From the NCBI GenBank assembly GCA_964016885.1, contig CAXHJY010000466.1, positions 1 through 32,074 on the forward strand: 32,074 nucleotides of DNA, in the 5' to 3' direction. The position numbers and the translations under genes were made by a program. Position 1 is the first letter of the stretch; every line of letters starts with the position of its first letter. A model generated the notes under the pieces. It did not search any database. It saw only the letters and a list, made by a program, of their open reading frames with translations, and was not told the origin of the DNA. Positions 21,801-32,074 of this stretch are shown in pieces. The stretch comes from Eledone cirrhosa (lineage: Eukaryota).

Positions 21801-22459
21801 GAAGCTCTTGTGCTTAAGCAGCGACTCCGTTGGAGTGGTCACCTTGCCAGAATGAAGGATTCTAGAATACCAAAACAACTCTTCTATGGAGAGTTGGTTA
21901 AAGGAAAACGACCGCCACATAAACCAAAAAAGAGGTATAAGGATTCCTTGAAGGCCTCTCTGAAAGACGCTAACATCTCTGCTGATACATGGGAAAATAT
22001 TGCTGCTGATCGTAATAAATGGAGAAAGACTGTATATGAGGGAAAAGTTGCCTTTGAGGCATCTCGAATCGCACACGAGAAAGTAAAGCGGGACGTGAGG
22101 AAGGGTATTGCTGTTGCACTTCCAGACGGCGAGGGTCCTCCTATGTTTCTGACATGCAGCGTCTGTGCGAGACTCTGCCTAAGCAAAGCTGGACTCGAAA
22201 GTCATCTTCGCAGTCATAAAGTAAGACCAGTGGTTGACTACCAGGCTGCTGTTGGAGATGCTACTCATCATGCTTGCCAAACATGTGGTAGAGAATGTAA
22301 ATCAGCAGGAGGACTCAAGCGACATGCAAAAGTACACGAACTCCAACCACAGCCAACTATTCCCAGTAAATGTTTTGGTTGCCGACTCTGTGCAAGACAT
22401 TTTGGATCATTGGCTGGGCTAAAAAGCCACATTCGATCGCAGCACTGTTAGTTGCTATC

Positions 22460-22497
<38 letters not shown>

Positions 22498-22576
22498 GCT
22501 TATGTGCGTGCGTGTGTGTGTATATATATATGAATATGTATATTATTATTGTTGTTGTCGTTATTATTATTATTGC

Positions 22577-22622
<46 letters not shown>

Positions 22623-22696
22623 TTTTTTATTTTTATTTTTTTTTTTTTTTTTAATTGTGCAATGGCCATACTCGATAACGAGGGGGCAGCCATCAT
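18530..22696 (+). mobile_element. RTE-clade (BovB-like) LINE with intact ORF; 5' boundary uncertain
   Basis: RTE-type 5'UTR (CTAGGAGAAGG...AAACC), single APE-RT ORF, microsatellite-rich 3'UTR, terminal hairpin CTCG-ataa-CGAG abutting a TA tract. Confidence 0.92.
18906..22451 (+). CDS. RTE-clade APE endonuclease plus reverse transcriptase with three C-terminal C2H2 zinc fingers (1181 aa)
   Basis: [36 protein letters not shown]; [45 protein letters not shown]; three Cx2C-x12-H-x3/4-H motifs. Confidence 0.97.
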   Translation: MMFQNNVNEIIANLGSGTKKIIGNKGRGPKLSQPGPARHRAIVIEPNRAFSLGCWNVRTLLDRDSLERPERRTALVAKELRRYDLDIVALSETRLAGDGHLTEFCGEYTFFWKGRDEGTRREAGVGFAVKTVLVNKLEEFPVGISERLMSMRVPLDKGRYATLVSVYAPTMNSVDEEKLSFYHALKGVLRNIPQADKVIVLGDFNARVGRDFNTWNVIGRHGVGKCNSNGMLLLQMCEELDLCVTNTMFQQKNKFKTTWMHPASKEWHLLDYVLVRMRDRQDVRCVRVLRGAECWTDHRLVRAKVNLITKRKIRAPGVTLPKRLNAARLKDKNVKRTLEEEMQAADLGEDWPTLKKSVYDVGRRVLGLVQRKHQDWFNEKDVHIDDLLADKRRALSRYLTARPQERNTLHEELRDVKSRVRRSLSQMKDQWWSEKAGEIQTASDCNNTKLLYSLLREVYGPSSSLVTPIRSKDGKELLRDSQGILRRWREHFDDLLNQPSVVSEDFLNLIPESPVKVALAEPPTLVEVAVAISKLNSGRSPGMDGIHAELLQYGGERLLQHLHSLFGRIWANESVPEDWRDAVMVVLYKGKGNRNDCGNYRGISLLSVVGKVLCRVLLDRLLTHIADCVLPESQSGFRVGRGTTDMIFSARQLQEKCIEQGLDLYQVFVDLTKAFDTVNRDALWKVLQKLGCPDKFLALVRSFHDDMKAWVNVGGNMSEPISVKNGVKQGDIPAPTLFAIYFAMVFCIAFRNCEHGVYIRYRTSGSIFNIRRFAAKTKVFTSVIRDLLYADDCDLVAHTESDMQHILNVFSDACTALGLTVSLKKTVVMYQPAPGRQYTEPNIYVYGKRLGVVDQFVYLGSTVNRYGNLDSEISLRIRKASDAFGKLERRLWGRRDICRRTKVKVYRACVLSCLLYACETWVTYRRHLKQLERFHQMCLRRIHGVRWRDHISDVEILESSMCDSIEALVLKQRLRWSGHLARMKDSRIPKQLFYGELVKGKRPPHKPKKRYKDSLKASLKDANISADTWENIAADRNKWRKTVYEGKVAFEASRIAHEKVKRDVRKGIAVALPDGEGPPMFLTCSVCARLCLSKAGLESHLRSHKVRPVVDYQAAVGDATHHACQTCGRECKSAGGLKRHAKVHELQPQPTIPSKCFGCRLCARHFGSLAGLKSHIRSQHC

Positions 22697-23133
<437 letters not shown>

Positions 23134-26100
23134 TAACTTTGAATAACTTTGAAATGTTTTGGCCAGTATTGGCCCAGGCCATGTCTAACTTAATAGCACC
23201 ACCTGGCGAAGTCTTTCAATTCAGGATTTGGGCACCATGGCCCATTCGAGAAGAGAATTACTGTTTGCGGAGACATATCCGGGTGTGGGTGGTTTGTCCG
23301 GGATTACTTGGAGGAATTTGTCCAAAGACTTCTTGAATTTTGTGTGGTCAGTTTCTGTTTTGACGTGTCCTGGTGTGATGTTGAAGAGAGCAGGGCCGAT
23401 TGAGGTGAAATAATTGTGCCGTATTGTTGTTATGAGTTGCGATTTAGATTTTTGAATGGGACGGATAGCACGGGGCCCAAGCCTTGGGTGTATCTTGAAG
23501 GCGATGCCAACATCATTTGGGCAGTGATGATGGAACATTTTCCACATCATGCAGATAATATAACGCTCACGGCGACGTTGGAGTGAGTAAAGTTTCAGGT
23601 TTTCTAATCGACCCCAGTAGTCAAGGTCTGACATGCCATCTATCTTTTTCGTGATTGCCCTTTGAGGAGCTTCAAGTTTCATGATACTTTGTTTCGTGTG
23701 GGGAGACCACAGTGGACAACAGTATTCAAGGTGTGGTCGGGCAAAAGTAGAGAAGAGAAGGATAATGGTGCGGGAATCTCTCGACTGGAAGGTTCTGAGG
23801 ATCCAGGAACACATTCTGCGGGCCATGTCAACTTTGCTGCTTATATGCGTGGTCCAGCTTATGTTGCTGTCCACGGTTACTCCCAAGTCTCTGATGTTGT
23901 TAGATGCCACGAGAGTTTCCTCGGAGGGAAGGGAGTACGCGAGTTTCAGAGCATCCTCTTTTCCAAAGTGGATCAGTTCGAATTTGTCTTCGTTCAGTAA
24001 CATGTTGTTCTTTTCTGCCCATTGAGTAACAGCCAGTAGGTCTGACTGAAGGCTTATCCGGTCATCCACGCCATTGATGACCTTTTGGAGCTTGGAATCA
24101 TCAGCGAAAATTTTAATGTTGCTGTGTTTGATGATGTCAGTGATGTCATTAATATAGATGATGAAGAGAAGTGGGCCCAACACAGTGCCTTGTGGGACCC
24201 CACTACTGACTTTGGCTGGGCTTGATTCGACTCCCTCAACTACAACATGTTGGGTTCTGTTTGACAGGAAGCTCTTGATCCACTGCAGCAGCTTTCCAGT
24301 GACACCAATATTGGACAGCTTTCTCAGTAGAATGTTATGATCAACCCTGTCAAAGGCCTTGCTGAAATCAAGGTAGATAACATCAGTGTTGGAACCCTCT
24401 CCCAAGGCTCTCAAAATGTCATCAAAGTGATGCAGTAGCTGCGTCAGGCAATCCCTTCCATTACGGAATCCATGCTGGTTGGAGTTCAGCATATTGTTAC
24501 TCTCAAGGAAGTGGGTCATTCGCGATCTCACCACTCTCTCAAATACCTTAATGATATGAGAGGTGAGTGAGATTGGACGGTAATTCACGGCAAGGGATTT
24601 GTTTCCCTTTTTGAAAACTGGGACAACAGACTGGGATAGAAGGTTTTCTGGCACATATCCAGCATCCAGTGAGTTCCGCCACAGATTGGCAAGAGGAGAT
24701 GCAAGTTGGTGTTGACACGCCTTCAAGACACAAGCAGGGAACCTATCGGGACCTACTGCTGAATTATGCTTGATTTCCTTTATTGCCGCCAAGACATCAG
24801 GGGCGCCAAACGTTATGTCCGATAAGGTGTAATGGGGAGTAACATCGCCGATACAGCCCAGATCGGCCATATCAGGATTGCTGAAAACAGAGCAGTATTG
24901 TTTCTGCAGTATCTCACCCATGGTTTTAGCATTGTCTTGAAGAGTGCCATTTTCATCAATTAGAGGGCCAACAGTAGAGCCAGTGATTTTGTGTTTTTTT
25001 GCAAATGAAAAGAACACTTTGGGATTGAGTTTGATCTTCTCAATGGCCCAGGCCTCTTCAGCTCTTCTCTGATTGTTGATGAGGGACATTATGTTGTTTT
25101 GGAGGTTATGTTTTTTAATCTCTAGTGATGAAATGGCAGTCAAGTTGATGTGTTGCTGCTGACAGTATTTCAGCTTGTTGATTTTTTTGTTCGTTCTCTT
25201 AATTTTTCTGATGAGCGTTTTTCTATTTCTAGGGATTCTGCTCTTAGATTTGTTTATAGTTCTTAATGGGGTGTGTTTAGCACATATGTTTGTAACAGTG
25301 TCCACAAATGTCTGCCAGGACTTTTTGATGTTAGTGGGTGTATGAGTGTGCGTGAAGGACCAGTCGACATGTGCAAGATCATGACTATCGCTTCCCAGTT
25401 TGCATTGTGGAAATCCATAGCGTCAAACGGATGGACAGGAGAGATGACATTGGGTTTGTATATTGGACGGTGGAATCTCAGATCACAGAGAACCATGTCA
25501 TGATCAGAGAGTAGAGTTTTCTCCACTGCAATATTGTGGATATTGTCAGTGTGATTGCTGAAAATTAAGTCTAGGACGTTTTTGTGGCACCTCGTTGGTT
25601 CGAGCACCAGTTGGGATAGGAAGAAATCATCCATGAAGTCAAGAAGCGATTCCACAGCTTCCCTGTCAGTGTTGAGGCAGAATAACCTGGTGGCAGGCTG
25701 TTTGTGGACCAGTCAACTCCGGGGAGGTTGAAGTCCCCCATCATTAAGATGTTGTCAGGGTGACACTCTTGGATGAAACACTTTATGCTGTTGAGGCATT
25801 CCTTGAAGCATGGTACAGGCGTTTGGGGTGGCCTATAGAGCCCAACTACTAATAGGTTGTTGGTTTGACTGAATACAGTGACTGCTTCACAGTATCCATT
25901 AGTGAATATGTTCATAGCCTCTGTTGAGAAAGAATTATGGACATAAATGGCAGTTCCGCCCTTTCTTCTGCCAGCGCGATCAGCACGGATGGCTTTGAAA
26001 TTTTTCACTTTCACCTCGGCTTCCAAGTGGAGGTTACTGAGATGGGTTTCAGTGAGGACGAAGAAAGGGATGTGGTTTGGATGGACATGAATCCAGTCCT

Positions 26101-26516
26101 CCAGGAATTTGATCTTCCATTTTTGAGTATTGGTGGAAGGGCTGATGCCTTGGGCGTTAAGCAAAAATGTAGAGGCGAGAGTGGATGGTTTTAATTGTTT
26201 TGGTGTGTTGTTAATTTGTTTGTTTGTTAATGGCAGCAATGGCAGTTTGTGCAGTGGGGTGATAGCTCGAATGTTTTTTTCCAGTTCTTTTGCCAGATTC
26301 ATTATGGCTAAAAAAGAGGAAGAAGTTTCCTGTTTAGAAGACTGTTGGTGACTGTGGTAGTGGTTATTTTTATGTAGGTTATGGTTTTTGTTTTTGCTTT
26401 TATTTTTAATTTTATTTTCATTTGTCCGACGGGTCCCCGGGAGATGGGTAAAGGGACAATCCCGGTCTAAACACAATCTGTCTCGCAGGGAAAAGCGGCA
26501 GATTTGTGGATTCCTT
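23134..26516 (-). mobile_element. CR1/L2-group family A, copy 2 (5'-truncated within ORF1)
   Basis: Closely matches 11131-14536 along its length. Confidence 0.95.
23221..26516 (-). pseudogene. ORF1 tail fused to APE-RT ORF2, broken by 1-nt deletions near 25386 and 25668
   Basis: Track ORFs 25571-26830, 25263-25655 and 23221-25305 tile the copy 1 protein. Confidence 0.92.
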
Positions 26517-27683
<1,167 letters not shown>

Positions 27684-28237
27684 CAGGGTGGGGCATAATT
27701 CCTGTTACACAGTTTTAAATCAATTTAAAAATACATTATGTTGCTAATATAACTAATATATTTGTATCAAATCCATGCACTATAACCATATTTACTATTT
27801 TTCAGAACATTACTCCATTAACAATTTGCAATGTCCATAGAATTGAAAAGTAAGTTCATTATAGAGAAGCATGAAAAAGGCCTGACTCCACCAAAGATAT
27901 TTAAACTGGGGAAATTCTTAAGATCAATAGAATGTTGATCAAAAGGACAATCGATCGATTTAAGGAAACCTCCTCGATCAAAGACAGACCTCAATCCAGA
28001 CGCCCTCGCACCTCAAGAACACCAAAACTCATTAAAAGTGTGAGGGAAAAAATAAGGCGTAATCCAAGAAGGTCCATAAGAAAAATGGCAGAAGAAGCAG
28101 AAACATCGCCGAGAACTATGCGGAGGATATGTTGAGATGACCTGGGGATGTCACCCTATAAGTTCCAAAAGAGCGAGCTTCTTTCTGCAGCCACAATTGA
28201 AAAGAGGCTCTCCAGAATTAAATTGTTATTGAACTGT

Positions 28238-28240
<3 letters not shown>
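27684..28240 (+). mobile_element. Tc1/mariner-superfamily DNA transposon, 5' half (left TIR plus HTH region, decayed)
   Basis: TA|CAGGGTG terminus; ATG at 27831; after a frameshift RTIDRFKETSSIKDRPQSRRPRTSRT...REKIRRNPRRSIRKMA...DLGMSPYK. No DDD/E domain or right TIR. Confidence 0.85.
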
Positions 28241-28322
<82 letters not shown>

Positions 28323-28411
28323 GTATATATTTATATATATGTATATATATATATATATATATGTATATATTTATATATATGTATATATATATATATGTAT
28401 ATATTTATATA

Positions 28412-30593
28412 TACTCTTTTACTCTTTTACCTGTTTCAGCCATCCGGCTGAGGCCATGCTGGGGCACCTCCCTTGTTGCTACACATTTTATCTCCAGCGT
28501 GTATAGGTTGGCCACTGGTGTAGGAGGGAGTTTGTTGCTGCTGCCCTTAGGTTTCCCTCGTGTCTTGCTGTGGGCTCATCCGGGATCCTGGATAACAAGG
28601 TGTCGAGATGTTTCTTAAAGACATCCACCTCCACGTCATGCAAGTCTTGCAGATGCCTCGGCAGCCTGTTGAAGAGTTGAGGGCCCTTGAATCCCAGGCT
28701 ATTGCAATACCTGCTCCTTATTCTAGATGTGGAAGACGGGACCTTTGGCACCACACAGTGACGTCCTGTTCGACGGTTGGTCCAGCTCCCAATGCCAAAG
28801 TTTGGCGCTAGTCCCTCCAGGATTTTCCACATCTAGATCACTGCGTATCTCTCCCGTCTTCGCTCCAAGGAGTAGAGGTTCAGTTCCTTCAGCCTCTCCC
28901 AGTAGCTTGTCTCCCTCATCTTGGCAATCCTCTTGGTGTAGCTTCGCTGGATTGCCTCAAGCTCCGTGGTTAGTTTGACACTATGGGGTGACCACAGCTG
29001 GGAGCAGTAGTCCAGGCGGCTTAGGACAAAAGTCCTCCACAGTGTCAACATGGTGTCTCGATCTCTTGTAAGGAAAGTCCTCAAGATCCAGCCAGCGAAT
29101 CATCTACATGCTGTCGCCACCTTCATGATGTGTGAAGAAAAAGATGCATCATCGCTCATGTCTATGCCCAGGTCTCGTATCGATTTTGACACGGGGATAT
29201 CGGTCCCTCCTGGTCCTGTGTAGCTGTGTTCCGCTATATTTGTGTTTGTGTTTGCAGGTTTGTATTGTAGGGCTTGGAATTTGCCAGCATTAAACTGCAT
29301 GTTGTTTTCTTCCGCCCATCTGTATATGGCATCCAGATCCTGCTGTAAGAGGGCAGCGTCAGCCGGGTTTTTGATTGCCTGTGCTACCTTAGTGTCATCA
29401 GCATAGCTAGTGAGGGATGTTGTTGCATGCACCACAGAGGGCATGTCCGAGAGAGCCACCAAAAACAGTAGTGGTCCCAGGACTGTCCCCTGGGGCACCT
29501 CACTTGTTATCGGTGTTTCCCACGAGAGGGCCCCATTTGCTGCGACTGCCTGGCTTCTGTCCCTTAGGAAGCCATGCAGCCACTCACCTACTTTTCCAGT
29601 TATGCCGAGTCCGTGTAGTTTGTGACATATCATTCCGTGGTCGACCTTGTCAAAGGCCTTCGCAAAGTCAAGATATATCACGTCTACATGTGAGCTGTCT
29701 AGTAGTTGTCTCAGTACCCAGTCGTAGTGATGTAGCAGCTGTGTAAGGCAGCTTCTTCCTGGGCGGAAGCCATGTTGCGTGCTAGTCAGGCGGTCATTTT
29801 CTTCGAGGAAAGTGATTAGCTTCTTTCTGACGAGTCGCTCCATGACCTTACTGATATGCGACGTCAGGGAGACTGGCCTATAGTTCTTGGCCTCCGCTCT
29901 ACTACCTCCTTTATGGATAGGGCATATTGTGCCTTCTTTCAGCTCCATGGGTAGTACACCGCTAGCCAAGGAGCTTCTGAAGAGCATCTTCAGTGGAGTT
30001 GCTAAGGCCCGCTTACATATTTTTAGGAGAACTGCTGGGAATCCATCAGGTCCAGCAGCCGAGTCTGTTCTAATTTCATCAATGGCGTACACCACATCCT
30101 CCTCCGTTATGTCTATGTGGTTGATGGTTGCCATTTCTTGATGTAGTGTTGTGGCATCAAAGAACTCCTCTGGCTTCGTTATTTGCATGTGCCTCAGTGG
30201 ACATGTGAAGACACTTTTGTACTGTTCGTTCAGTATTTCACATATCTCTTGGGGATTTTCGGTTAATGAACCGTCCGTGTGGAAGAGTGGTCCAATCTTG
30301 CAGTGTACTGAGGCAGTTTCTTTTGCAAATTTAAAGAAGGCCTTAGGGTTTGTTTTAATGTTTTCTATGGCCCTGTTCTCTTTCCTTGCCCTCTGATTCT
30401 CATGTGAAAGCTTGAGTGCAATCTCGGTGTCAAGTAGTGCACGTTTCAAATAGGATTCCTTCTTGTTTTGGTTTTGTTGACTATTCAACTGGTTTGAGAG
30501 TTTAGTTCTACGTCTCATAACGATTTTCCTATCTCTGGGAATAAGATTTTTGTGTCTGTTTGCCTCTTTCTCCGGGACACACTTTTTGCATAT
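28412..30593 (-). mobile_element. Second CR1/L2-group LINE (family B), 5'-truncated, (GTAAAAGA)n tail
   Basis: RT homologous to but distinct from family A; the 3' end reads GGTGCCCCAGCATGGCCTCAGCCGGATGGCTGAAACAGGTAAAAGAGTAAAAGAG. Confidence 0.9.
28488..30593 (-). pseudogene. Family B RT ORF with two in-frame nonsense codons (29100-29102, 28833-28835)
   Basis: Three track ORFs lie in one frame; [45 protein letters not shown]. Confidence 0.92.
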
Positions 30594-30890
<297 letters not shown>

Positions 30891-31015
30891 TGGTTTTGTT
30901 GACTATTCAACTGGTTTGAGAGTTTAGTTCTACGTCTCATAAGGATTTTCCTATCTCTGGGAATAAGATTTTTGTGTCTGTTTGCCTCTTTCTCCGGGAC
31001 ACACTTTTTGCATAT
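30891..31015 (-). repeat. 125-bp direct duplicate of 30469-30593 (family B 5' breakpoint)
   Basis: Identical except one substitution (CATAACG vs CATAAGG); offset 422 bp. Confidence 0.95.
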
Positions 31016-31596
<581 letters not shown>

Positions 31597-32074
31597 CATT
31601 CCAATAACTTTAATAAAAGACCTAGATACAAAAACATAATCTGGTATAATGCTCCTTTCTCCATCTCTATTAATAACAATATTGCTAAATTATTCTTTAG
31701 TGCCTTAAATAAATGCTTCCCTCCCTCACATATCTATAGTAAAATATTTAACAAACACACCATAAAATTTTCTTATTCTACATCCTCCAATATTTCAAAT
31801 ATTATCTCTAAACACAACAATAAAATACTAAATACTAAATCTCTTCCTTCCAACACTGAATTTCATAATAATAGTAATAGTACTCCCGACGTCATTGTAA
31901 ACCCTAGGCTAATTTCTGCAAACCCAAATACGTCAAACACAACTTTGCTAAATGTTCATAATCCAACTCTAAATCAAGAAACTATTATTCCTATCGCAAA
32001 CAACTTCTCCAATCCAATTCCTTCTATAGATAACACTAGGTCACTCATTAATAATCTCTCTAATTGCAATTGCC
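31597..32074 (+). mobile_element. Second PLE lineage: RT-endonuclease linker, open frame running off the window
   Basis: Translates as [16 protein letters not shown]...[37 protein letters not shown]...CNC, a linker signature I recall from C-terminal GIY-YIG PLEs. It is missed by the ORF track. Confidence 0.75.

Noticed and set aside
28833-29102. Programmed readthrough of two in-frame stops in family B RT
   Set aside because: The copy is 5'-truncated and has other decay (SEVPQG for SGVPQG); single substitutions explain both stops.

Overview
Eukaryotic (animal) repeat-dense DNA with no recognisable host gene. About 20 interrupted (TA)n tracts alternate with transposon pieces, and from memory the repeat vocabulary resembles octopus/cephalopod genomes (unverified). 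Elements present: an intact RTE-clade LINE (18906-22451, APE-RT plus three C-terminal C2H2 fingers) and a 5'-truncated sister copy; a near full-length CR1/L2-group LINE (11131-15711, minus) and a truncated sister; a second decayed CR1-like family; four 3' ends and an RT piece of an RTE-X-like family; bipartite non-autonomous RTE derivatives; fragments of two Penelope-like (PLE) lineages; and a Tc1/mariner 5' half. All Tyr/Ile-rich ORFs in the track are microsatellite artefacts. Signals not visible in the ORF track: (1) a cluster of hammerhead-ribozyme motifs in 0.4-7.1 kb, mostly at inverted-repeat junctions, including a ~435-bp tandem unit with a minimal hammerhead (retrozyme/pLTR-like); (2) an HDV-like ribozyme fold at the 5' end of the RTE-derived elements; (3) an ATG-less CR1 ORF2 in the -1 frame behind two canonical slippery heptamers, fused in frame in the sister copy by a 23-bp deletion; (4) an unusual Myb/SANT + polyQ + 2xCCCH ORF1; (5) strand polarity of the TA-tract interruptions relative to element junctions. 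All calls were made by eye; no searches or folding were run.
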